Assembly (NCBI GenBank): GCA_002269645.1
Contig: NIVC01001422.1
Span: 155,987 to 219,986, forward strand
Source of the DNA: Macrostomum lignano
Lineage: Eukaryota
Length of the DNA: 64,000 nucleotides
Reading direction: 5' to 3'
Shown here: positions 12,438-22,725 of the stretch, one piece after another
Position numbering within the stretch: position 1 is the first letter of the stretch
Layout: the number at the start of each line of letters is the position of its first letter
Made by a program: the position numbers and the translations under genes
Notes under the pieces: model-generated
Seen by the model: only the letters and a program-made list of their open reading frames with translations
What the model was told of the DNA's origin: nothing
The model's database searches: none

Positions 12438-14966
12438 GGCAGACAGACACAGACAGGCAGACACAGACAGACAGACAGAAACAAACAGACATGGTCTCAC
12501 CAGGTGCTGCAGCCCGACAGATCGACCCCAGCCAGGCGCCGGGCATGCCGGATAGCCGTGTTAACCAGCACCATGGGATCGCCCTCGACATCCTCGCCAT
12601 CAACAGACGGGCTCCACGGGCCACCGAGGGCCAGAGGATCGGGTGGGGCCGACTTGCTATCGCCGCTGCTAACGAAGCCGCAGAGGAAGCTCAAAGCGTT
12701 AGCCAGGCCGATGCAACGGAAACGAGAGTCGGCGGCGGCCTGGGCCAGCGAGCAGGTCTGACGGTAGAGCTCGGCCAGGCTGGGACAGCTCAGCAGCATC
12801 ACCTTGGCTGAGTAGCGATAGTCCTGGCGGAGGGGAGCAAAGGAGTTAGCTAACAGAGAAGGTGCCAGGTACTAAAGGGACGGCAGTTACAGAGAGGGCG
12901 CCAGATACAGAGGGGCGCCAGCTACAGAGGACGCCAGCTACAGAAGGGCGCCAGCTACAGAGAGGGCGCCAGCTACAGAGAGGGCGCCAGCTACAGAGAG
13001 GGCGCCAGCTACAGAGGGCGCCAGCTACAGAGAGGGCGCCAGCCACATACGGGGCGGGCGCCAGCTACAGAAGGGGCGCAGGTACAGAGAGGGCGCCAGC
13101 TACAGAGGGGCGCAGGTACAGAGAGGGCGCCAGCTACAGAGGGGCGCAGGTACAGAGAGGGCGCCAGCTACAGAGGGGCGCCAGCTACAGAGAGGGCGCC
13201 AGCTACAGAGAGGGCGCCAGCTACATACGGGGAGGGCGCCAGCTACAACAAGAGCGCAAGCTACATACGGGGCGGGTCTGGTGGGACGCCAGCTACATAC
13301 GGGGAGGGCGCCAGCTACATGGGGCGGGACACCAGCTACAACAGGAGCGCCAGAAAAAGATACGCAAACAATTGAGGTCGAGTCTAGAGTAACCGACTCA
13401 TAGAATCCCCACTTTTTTCGATGATCCCCATTTGAGAGACCCTCGATGGAGGATGGACAATGAAGGCTTTACTCTATGGGCCACAGAGAAGCAGCGTAAT
13501 ATTTAGCGTAAATAAATCGCAAATGCCTCACCTGATCCTGAGGCTCCAGAACCGGCGCGTCTGAGTTCCCAGTTAGAACGGACCATTCGTCCAGAGTTAG
13601 GGGATCTACTTCGCGCGGAAACACGTGATAATTAACCGTCCGGCAGCCCAGACGGATGGGACTGCCAATGGGGAAGGCAGCAGACCAGCCGTTGGTGACG
13701 TGGAACAGGTCCGAAGGCGGATGCAGACGGGGATATCGCTGGCGCAGTTCCATAACTGACAGTTCCGGCAGGCCCAGAACCCGATGAGGCACAGATGCCG
13801 CGTGAGCAACCGACGGAGCCGATGAGCGATGAGAGGAGTCGCCGCGATCTCGCCGTCCGCTGGCCTACAAAAATTGATCAGCGCAATTGTCTCAGGCGAC
13901 TTAAAGCTTTTATAGAGAATCACAGAGGGTAGTGACTAGTGAGTATCGTCAGGTCCAACCCTAGCATCAGAGGGTATTTATAATCTTCAGGTCTAACCCT
14001 AGCATCATAGAGGGTATTTATAATCTTCAGGTCTAACCCTAGCATCATAGAGGGTATTTATAATCTTCAGGTCTAACCCTAGCATCATAGAGGGTATTTA
14101 TAATCTTCAGGTCCAACCCTAGCATCATAGAGGGTATTTATAATCTTCAGGTCCAACCCTAGCATCATAGAGGGTATTTATAATCTTCAGGTCCAACCCT
14201 AGCATCATAGAGGGTATTTATAATCTTCAGGTCCAACCCTAGCATCATAGAGGGTATTTATAATCTTCAGGTCTAACCCTAGCATCATAGAGGGTATTTA
14301 TAATCTTCAGGTCCAACCCTAGCATCATAGAGGGTATTTATAATCTTCAGGTCCAACCCTAGCATCAGGGAGGGTATTTATAATCTTCATGTCCAATCCA
14401 AATCTAGCATTCGGGAGGCTGGGAGGGTATTTTATAAACTTCAGACAAAAATCCTAGCATCAGGGAGTGAATTTATAATCTTCAGGTCCAACCCACCCTA
14501 GCATCAGAGAGGGTATTTAGAATCATCAAGATCCAACTGTAGCATTCGGGAGGTCGGAGGGTATTTATAATCTTCAGACAAAAACCCTAGCATCAGGGGG
14601 GGGGGTATTAAGAATCCTCAGGCTTCAAAGATGTTAAGAATCAAGGATGCCAACAGTTTAAACTGAAGCTCTATAAAATTAAAAAACACAACGCGGAGAT
14701 CTGCTTACAAACAAAGGTGTTTAACAAACCTGACTGCCGCTGCTTCGATGCCTCGACTCGATTCGCACAGACCTAGCCGTCCATTTGGCCGCCTTGCCGG
14801 GCGTGTGGTCGGCCACCACAGACACATGGTCGCCAACACGGGGCTGGCCGCCAGTCACAAGGTTGCGCACGAAAAATATGTCATCATTCACGTAGCCAAA
14901 CTTTTCAAATAGCTTCGTGATGGTGCCGTGGGTTGTCTTTTGACTCTGGGGCCGCGATCCGAGCAT
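6945..14966 (-). CDS. CCAR1: CCAR1/DBC1-family protein (cell division cycle and apoptosis regulator); exons complement(14730-14966, 13532-13864, 12501-12823, 11968-12277, 11011-11300, 9601-9906, 8659-8920, 7971-8367, 6945-7248)
   Basis: Domain order matches CCAR1: S1-like (GTITKLFEKFGYVNDDIFF), ELRQRYPRLHPPSDLF, YSAKVMLL + GGPWSPSVDGED...TAIRH (DBC1/Nudix), SAP (MKVADLRRELESRGRDSRGLKAQLVARL), FEVALFCEQFHEML, EF-hand (FFDRDRTGQL), YRRLTD, coiled coil. Intron phases are consistent except for one frameshift in 7971-8367. Further 5' exons are possible. Confidence 0.85.
7340..7476 (-). mobile_element. Internally deleted copy of the SINE at 2015-2283, in the last CCAR1 intron
   Basis: Shares CCGACAGCTCAGCCGCAGCT.TTGCGCGGCGCATCTGAAGGCTGCG and CTCAAGGACACAAATT...GAATCGAACCC.CGACCTTT with the first copy. 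Confidence 0.75.
7845..7949. repeat. (GACA)n microsatellite, intronic
   Basis: Seen directly in sequence. Confidence 0.9.
8414..8640. repeat. (CTA)n microsatellite filling a CCAR1 intron
   Basis: Seen directly; it produces the spurious poly-V/T/L ORFs. Confidence 0.95.
8930..9485. repeat. ~21-bp minisatellite (AAACCGATAATCCCACATCYC), intronic
   Basis: Tandem copies seen directly. Confidence 0.9.
9990..10730 (+). mobile_element. Internally deleted P-element/THAP9-like transposase relic in a CCAR1 intron
   Basis: Translation FPPEVRRFASTLHYYSPKAYKYVRKFFQLP (about 10250-10340) resembles the P/THAP9 motif F.LTLHFYSPKAY.YVR. The later FYIRIRMKKIAK...RQKLLRTAIFLNL resembles the family C-terminus. 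Stops and frameshifts are present. Confidence 0.65.
11011..11300 (-). CDS. CCAR1: CCAR1 exon encoding the SAP domain
   Basis: LQAMKVADLRRELESRGRDSRGLKAQLVARLEE; acceptor CCCACAG, donor GTAAGG. Confidence 0.85.
11366..11950. repeat. 21-bp minisatellite (CACCTGGTACACTGGTAGCTA), intronic
   Basis: Tandem copies seen directly. Confidence 0.95.
12361..12490. repeat. (GACA)n microsatellite, intronic
   Basis: Seen directly. Confidence 0.9.
12885..13350. repeat. ~19-21-bp minisatellite (GCGCCAGCTACAGAGAGG), intronic
   Basis: Tandem copies seen directly. Confidence 0.9.
13970..14620. repeat. ~41-bp minisatellite (TCAGGTCYAACCCTAGCATCATAGAGGGTATTTATAATCT), intronic
   Basis: Contiguous tandem units with no unique spacers; it degenerates toward 14620. 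Confidence 0.9.
14730..14966 (-). CDS. CCAR1: CCAR1 exon encoding the S1-like (OB-fold) domain
   Basis: MLGSRPQSQKTTHGTITKLFEKFGYVNDDIFFVRNLVTGGQPRVGDHVSVVA...KWTARSVR; AG immediately before ATG, donor GTTTGT. Confidence 0.8.
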
Positions 14967-16041
14967 CTTTGGACAGCATGAATAGGGGAATGCGATTAAA
15001 TATATTTCAGTTTGAGTCAGTTCATATAAAAAATGAACAAACTTTCTATACAAACTAATATTATTATGATTACTTAAAAATGCTAATAATATCGTCTAAG
15101 CTAAGACAGCAAACTTGATGTTGATTGTTGTGAATTGTGAAATATCTTCACGAGGGGAGCCAGATACAGAGTCAGAGGCAATACTATAGAGACAATCATA
15201 ATATATATGGAATCTTGCCCACTAGATCTTTCAAACTAAAAACACATTAACAATGTACTGGTGCCATTTAAATTAGAGTTATTTTGTAAATTAAATTCTT
15301 TTGCTATTTATTTAAATCCTTCTTTCATAAATAAAATATTATACAATATACTATTAGAAAAACTAGCAGAAAAGAATATAAATAAATAGGCCTAGAATTC
15401 TTAAAAAACACAAGATTATTGAAATCTTTTAAAACTTTGCAATAGGCCTAGGGTGGCCCATGGGCCACATGCAGCTTACAAAGCCTTTCTATATAGCCTT
15501 CAGTTCTTTTGAGGCTTAAAATTAATAATCTAGCCTATTCAATGTTTCTATCTTTTCTCTTCTTTCTTTCCTTTTTTCTTTTTGTCTTATTTCTTCAGCT
15601 TTATTCCTTACTTTACATTTCTCCTATTTTTTCTTTATTCCCTTTCCTTTCGATTTCTCTATTCTACAATCATATATTAAGTTCTCTATTTAGCCTTTAA
15701 GATAAAAATTTGCTAATCCTTAGCTTAGGGCTAAGGGTTCAAATAAGATTTTAAAAGTTTTTTATACTATTTTGTATATTACTATATATAAGTCCTATTT
15801 GCCTAAGTTTTTATAGTTTTTATATATAATAGATAAAAATAAATCTACTATAGCTAAAACAACTAAAACCTTTATAATATTGCCTAAAATGTAGGTGCTA
15901 AAAAAATTGTCAAATGGCTAGAGTCTGACTAAGATAGGAAAAATCTGGTTGGGCGAGATTGGGTGAGATTGGATTCATAAAATTCAAGACTTGGGATTGG
16001 TTGAGATTGGGATCAAGGTCTACCATTTGCATTTAGACTTA

Positions 16042-18093
16042 CGAAGGTTATGTCATAAATTTGCTGACAAACTTACATAGTATCTGTTTCTTTTGTACTT
16101 TGGGACAGAATTTTTGTTACAGACTAAGGCTTCATTGATCTTATTGTCTATGGAGTATCTTCCCTCTGGCTTTTGAGATAAGGCAGAAATTGAGTGGCAT
16201 TCAAACCACCCTTCTAGCCAGTATGGAGAAAAGTGAAGCTGCCAAGTGCACTGTCATTTGGTCATTGTGGAAGCAGCAGAAGAAGCAGGCTAATATTTAC
16301 CGCGAGCGGCTGCAAATCTTTGGTGAAGATGCACCTTCGAAACAAACTGTGTCAAAGTGGGTGCAGCCCTTTGAGGATGGCTGGGAGACAGTTTATGATG
16401 CTCCCTGCACAGGTTCACTACAGTCATCCACTTTCAGTGACAATATCTAGCGTGTGCAGCATGCCCTGAACAATGATTATGGAGCAACCCTGAGGTAGTT
16501 AAAGGACTTGTTGGCAATACCAATGAAGAACATTCATCACATCATCTCTGACCATCTGCATATGACACGAGTTGTTGCACAATGGGTCCCTAAACTGCTG
16601 ACTCCTGTCCAACTGCAAGAAAGGGTCTAGATATGCCGCCACCTGCTCAATGCTAGTGATAGATCAAAATTTGATTTTGATTTCGATATTCCAAATTTTG
16701 AAACTAATTTTGCATTGCAATAACTTTGATTTTGATTTCAAATTTCGACACCATTCATCAAAAATCATTTCAAAATTTTGGTTATATTTTAACAATTTAG
16801 ACATTGATGATCATGCTACACGATTAAGAAAATCTATAGGAAGTGAAAGGAAGCGCAGTTCAAAGACTCAGTGGGGAGGTGAGAATCGCCTTTTCTATAA
16901 GAAAAGATTGTGCAGGGCACACACTGTTCCAGGCCTTGTGCTGCACCCACCTCAACCTCCACAAGCCCACTGGCTGAACTCATTGGCGTGGATTTTAATT
17001 GGCTAAAGACTTAAAGCCTTAATGAAATGGATATAGGCTACTCATATCTAGATCTTCAGCTTAAACAGTGGTGAAGTATAATACAACTTCTACTGTATTT
17101 TTATGTACAAGTTTATAATACATAATACACTAGCATTTTCTATTTTCTATTTTTAAAGTAAGTTAAATCTAAAGTATTCTGGTTTAAACATATTAAAGAT
17201 ACTTTTTATAAAACATATAAGCTCTACAGAGGCAAGGTGTTAACCTTTTTGCATGATTAGCGAAAAAGTAAAAATTTGTTAAGCTCTAAAAATTTCAATT
17301 TTGATTTCAATTTTGATTCTAAGGAACCGAAAATTTCGTTTTTGATTTTGATTTGAAAAATAATTTTGATCCATCATTACTCAATGCCTATCAAAACAAG
17401 CCCAACTTTCTTGGCCGCCTGGTGACTAATAATGAAATGTGGTTTCACTTCTATGAACTGGAAACGAAACAGCAGAGCAGCGTCTAGAAGGCTACTCACG
17501 AACTCCCACTGGTCAAGGCCAATGTGGTGCAGTCAGCAGGTAAGCACATGGCCACCGTGTTCTGGGACAGAGAAGGCATCTTGTTAATCGAGTGGCTACC
17601 TGAAGGCAGAACCATCAATGCCCAGTACTACTGTGAAATATTGGAACGGCTGCATGAGAAGATCAAGAGTGAGTGCCGAGAAAGGATCACCAGGGGCACT
17701 GTGCTGCAGTAGGACAACGCTAGGCTGTATACTTGCAATGCAACTATGGATGTCATCAGGAGACTAGGCTTCGAGTTGCTGCCTTACCCTGCCTATTCTC
17801 CTAAACTGGCCCCTAGTGACTATTGGCTGTTCCTTAAAATGAAAGAGCCTCTTTGTGGCCATCGCTATGGAAGCCTTTTTGCACCCAGCTTGGCTATCAG
17901 CCAGTAGGTATGTGGGACCCCCACAGAATTCTTCACCCAGGGCATCAGCAAGCTCCCAGAGAGATGGCACAAATGTGTGCAGCTTGGGGATGACTATGTT
18001 GAGAAGTGCAATGTTGACAATTAGCTGTTCTTTATTTTGTTTCTTGTTTGTTTGCAGTTTGTAGTTTTTAGTGAATTTATGACACAACCCTTG
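16042..18093 (+). mobile_element. Mariner (D34D) DNA transposon, inactivated; transposase pseudogene 16223-18024
   Basis: Degenerate TIRs (TA|CGAAGGTTATGTCATAAAT ... ATTTATGACACAACCCTTG|TA) with TA TSD. Translation shows the WVPKLL, ATVFWDREG, DNAR and YSPKLAPSDYWLF motifs, with 34 residues between the second and third Asp. Confidence 0.9.
16654..17379. mobile_element. hAT-type MITE nested in the mariner transposase
   Basis: 8-bp TSD CTCAATGC (16646-16653 and 17380-17387); TIRs TAGTGATAGATCAAAATT / AATTTTGATCCATCATTA. Removing the element restores the transposase frame. Confidence 0.85.
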
Positions 18094-18334
18094 TATTTAG
18101 ATATAGGATGGCTAAGGATTATTTATAATAGTTGGCATGTATATCAATTAGTATTAGTAGTCATGATATTACTCCCACTATATTCTATTAGTCTAACTTT
18201 TAGTTTAGTATAAGTTAATACTATTGAGTGTAAAGCCTAGACAAACTCAGGTTTTGGTTAAGTTTAGTACTTGACTAAACTTTGAGATTTGAGCTCAGTA
18301 TTCAAGTTGAGTTTTGTTGAGTAGTCAAATAGAA

Positions 18335-19839
18335 ATGTGAGGGTTTCCCGACAGATATTCAGACAGATATTCAAAACAATCATCTACTACTTTTAACAAA
18401 ATGGACCAAATGGAACCATATTTTTGGCAGATGTTTACGCATGTGTTTGCAATCAAATGAGCCCAAATTTGTTTTATAAAATAAAAAACTTTACGAAGTG
18501 CATTGTTTCAAAGATTGCTTGGCAACACCCTGATTCAGCATCTCTTCAACGTTTTCTGAAAATGATTCAATTTTTACATCCCATAAATGTGCCCCGTATC
18601 CCAAAAAGACAATGGACTAACTCTTACGCATGTTTCAGCTGTAAAATGCCGCATCACGCGTCTAATAAAATACTTTACTTCCTGAATTATTTTCTTTTAA
18701 AGTGTGCTTGGCGATTTGCTTTTTTGAAGGCAAGCCAAGAAACAGCGCATATTTGCTGATGTCAGAACTCGATTTCGCTCTCAAATTAAATGAATTTATA
18801 GTTCCATTCTTACACACATCCCAGCTTTAGAATGACACCATTGAAGCTGAAAAAGAAACAGTATTTCCTGAGATATTTGACTCTAAAGTGTGCTTTGCTT
18901 TTGAGTCAATAACGCTTGACGTTGTATATCAAAATATACGCCAAGAAATTGTGACACCATTTTTTGCTTACGAAACATAAAACTAACTTGCTCTTTTAGG
19001 CACGTCCCAGCTTTAAAATGACACCTCAGGCGTCGCCAAAGACGCCACCGTTCGTGAGATATTCGACTCGAAACATTGCTCGGCGTGTATAGACATTTAC
19101 CTTGAGAAGTCAATTGCAGTCAATCTTGGCGAAACTTTAATGAAGATATTTGATTTGAAACATTGCTTGCCATTTAGTTTGACAGGTGTGTAAACACAGG
19201 TGGAGCACGTGCACAAAGATTGGGAATACATTTGATTTATAAGGTGAATGTCTGTACACGCCGAGCAATGTTTCGAGTCAAATATCTCACGAACGGTGGT
19301 GTCTTTGGCAACGCCTGAGGTGTCATTTTAAAGCTGGGACATGCGTAAAAAAGTGAGTTAAGTTTTATGTTTCGTAAGCAAAAAATGGTGTCACAATTTC
19401 TTGGCATATATTTTGATATACAACGTCAAGCATTATTGACTCAAAAGCACAAAAGCAAATTGCCAAGCACACTTTAAAAGAAAATAATTCAGGAAGTAAA
19501 GTATTTTATTAGACGCGTGATGCGGCATTTTACAGCTGAAACATGCGTAAGAGTTAGTCCATTGTCTTTTTGGGATACGGGGCACATTTATGGGATGTAA
19601 AAATTGAATCATTTTCAGAAAACATTGAAGAGATGCTGAATCAGGGTGTTGCCAAGCAATCTTTGAAACAATGCACTTCGTAAAGTTTTTTATTTTATAA
19701 AACAAATTTGGGCTTATTTGATTGCAAACACATGCGTAAACATCTGCCAAAAATATGGTTCCATTTGGTCCATTTTGTTAAAAGTAGTAGATGATTGTTT
19801 TGAATATCTGTCTGAATATCTGTCGCAAAACCCTCACAT
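18335..19839. mobile_element. Foldback-like non-autonomous DNA transposon (almost wholly palindromic)
   Basis: Termini ATGTGAGG...CCTCACAT with 8-bp TSD AAATAGAA (18327-18334 and 19840-19847). Outer arms about 18335-18720/19455-19839; inner arms about 18885-19110/19250-19455. Confidence 0.85.
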
Positions 19840-21391
19840 AAATAGAATGAAAATTTAATAGTTAGAAAATTTCAAACCTCAACCTTGCTCTATTTGACTA
19901 TTGATATATTTTTTGTATTAAACTTTTTTTGTTAGTTTAATACTTCCAATAATTAAGCCTATAAATTCTCAAATGCCACCTTTAGTACAAAATCTTGCTT
20001 TTCAATTAATTTTTGTTTGAGTAAGTTAATTCATTTATTCAAGTGACCATTTTCTAGGAAATTAGAATAACCAAACCTCAAACTAAATAAACATTTAAAA
20101 AATCAATTTGGTATATTTGCCTTATTTAGTCTTTTCATACTCACTTCTAAATGGTGTTTATAGTATACTTAAAATGTAAAAACTTTTTATTAATCCTGCC
20201 CAACTTTTCCTAACTCCTGACATTTACTCTTGACATGGTCAAGAATCTGAAAAAAATACCCAGGTCCCAACCAAGTTAGGATCGCAATGAGAATCTTGGT
20301 CAGGCTCTAAAACTGGCCTAGTTGCATAGTAAATTTGTCAATAGGTAAATTTGTCAACTGGTAAATTTCTCAATACAGTACAATAATGTCACTATGTGAA
20401 GCTATTTCAGTGCATAGATAAAATAGATTCATAAAACCAGTGAGCAGAACTATGTCATTTTAATGGTTTTTAGACATTGGCCTAGGCCTATGACATAACA
20501 ATTGTGACAATTATGACAATGCTTTTACTGCTGCCAGATTTTTGCTGGAATGTCCTATTGCTAAGATTTATTGGATACGAGACAATAGGCCTACATATGT
20601 AACCCAATAGTTTCCTAGATGTACAAATGATTAAATATGAGATAGGCCTACAATTATAAAAATAATGAAACTGGGAATCTTCCATGGCAAAAACTAGGGA
20701 TAGTAATCTTGGGATATCTGCAATCTCTTAATCAATTTCAAATTTGATTAGTTTCAATCAATGTAAATCAATCAAAATCAACTCATTTATGCATATATAA
20801 ATTAAAACTTTATTGGTTTTGCTTTTGTTTGTATCACTTACTTCTGGCCTATACACTTCATTATATTGCATATTAGTTATATGCTAAGTATCATTATCAC
20901 TATCAATATCTCATCTCAATTCTTTCTAAAAAATCTCTTTACTTTCTGTCTCATGTTTTATTTGTTCGAGGAAGTTAAGTCGGCTGGCCGCTGTTAATTG
21001 GATCGGCGGCAGTTTATCTGCAATTTTAAACGAGAGACTTTTTAAAGTAAAAAATAATACGATAATCAACTAAACAAAAATTAATAAGTAGTCAACGTTA
21101 GTTTTTGTTTAAAAAAATAGTTAGTTTAAGTCTTAGTGTTGTGGATTTTAAACAATTATATTACCGTTTAATTTAAAGTTTTTAGCTGGAAAAACCGAAT
21201 AGTAAACTGCCCAGGGAACTGGGGTAAATACCGGGTATCAAAAACGGGTGCCTCAGGAATAAGAATAATCTAGAGCTAGATTCATGGTGTCAAGTCTCGA
21301 AGTATCAGTATCTCAACTCCATCTAAACGTCTCAGCATTTCAGTATTTGTAAATTTATATTAAGCTAGGATATTAAGTAATGGTCATGCAG

Positions 21392-21993
21392 TGTAACGTA
21401 GGACGTAAAAATCAAAGATCGAGTATTTTTGGGGGCTAATTTCCTGGATTTCACTGCATGCATGCAGGTACGATCTTAACCGTAAGTTGGGTCTTGGCCT
21501 AAAAAATGATAGTTTCCTAATGACTATAGGTCAACAACAATTTAATATGGGAAATGATATTAGTAAATAAACATTGTCTGCATTTTATTATTTAGACGCA
21601 TTTTAGACAGTATAGCTACGCCTTGATGAAACAATATCTACATTAATGGTTTTACGATTACCTGCATGCAACATTTTATTACAATAATACTTGATTCAAG
21701 AAGGAAAAAAACTAAAAGTTCAGCTAATACCACTTGTGAGTAGTTCCAAACTCTGGGATTACGAAATAAAATAAAACAATGTAAAAATGAAACTTCAACT
21801 CAACAACCATATAAAATATATAGAGTAACATGTTAAGCATGCTTAATTAAAAGAATGGTAATCTACTCTGCCCCAGATGAAATGCAATCATAGATTTTGA
21901 GATGAAAAAAATTTCTCATCTTCTCCAGTGTTATTTTTTTAGGAAATTGGCCTCCTAAAATCTACACGATCTTTGAGTTTACGTCCTGTTACA
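21392..21993. mobile_element. Non-autonomous element with ~55-bp imperfect TIRs
   Basis: TGTAACGTAGGACGTAAAAATCAAAGATCG...CTAATTTCCT versus AGGAAATTGG...CGATCTTTGAGTTTACGTCCTGTTACA; no convincing TSD. Confidence 0.6.
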
Positions 21994-22335
21994 ATACAGT
22001 GGTCCTTGAGTTAAATTAGTATGAGAAATATAAAAATTAATAATTACTAGTTACTAATACATAGCTCGTAATTAGTAATGCAATACATGTAACTTTAAAC
22101 TTATTAATAAAGAAGTATTTTTTTTTTTTATGTACGCATTTGTTTTGTATCATACCAAAATCTATCATCTCGGCTCTGTGGTATTGAATTTATTAACAGC
22201 AATTTTAAGTAGCATGCGCATATACTGTACACGTACATGTAACTGGTAAGGTGCTAATTCATCTAACGATGTTTAATCAATATTAACAAGCTATTGCAAA
22301 ATTTAAGACAATGAGGGGACGTTATCGAAGTATAG

Positions 22336-22725
22336 TCAGAGCAGGGTACATTTATTGAGGCTATACTTCATATGAACGATCTGGTTGCTTCTCTTGTACT
22401 CGTCAATGACAAAAGTCAGCTCTCGGACCAGAACTTGCAGGTTCAGGTTGTCCCTGTACCCGTCAGGCAGTTCGATGGCAGAAAATATTAGCGTGCCGTT
22501 CATCTCGATTTCGAAAGCGTACCACAGGTCCATCTTGGATTCCATGTTAATGTAGAAGTCGCTCAGCAGCATGTGCTCACGGAGCATGCGATATATTTCA
22601 AAGTTTTTCTCATTCCTGATGCAGAATGACACAACAAGCTCGATCCGTTGTTGAGACACGTTTTTTTCTATTTTGAACGTGCTGTGGGTGAAGGAGCAGT
22701 AGTTATATAGATTTTTTGGACGCAT
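22336..22725 (-). CDS. Intronless 129-aa orphan ORF, function unknown
   Basis: ATG to TGA with coding-like codon bias (TTC, ATC, AAC, TAC, GAG, CTG) inside AT-rich DNA; AATAAA overlaps the last codons. Confidence 0.5.
   Translation of the reverse strand: MRPKNLYNYCSFTHSTFKIEKNVSQQRIELVVSFCIRNEKNFEIYRMLREHMLLSDFYINMESKMDLWYAFEIEMNGTLIFSAIELPDGYRDNLNLQVLVRELTFVIDEYKRSNQIVHMKYSLNKCTLL

Noticed and set aside
13970-14620. CRISPR-like regular ~41-bp repeats (also 50310-50775)
   Set aside because: Units are contiguous with no unique spacers, lie in a spliceosomal intron, and no cas genes are present.
18424-19750. Two nearly identical ~105-111-aa ORFs on opposite strands
   Set aside because: They are the two TIR arms of a foldback element, use a TTG start and show no coding bias.
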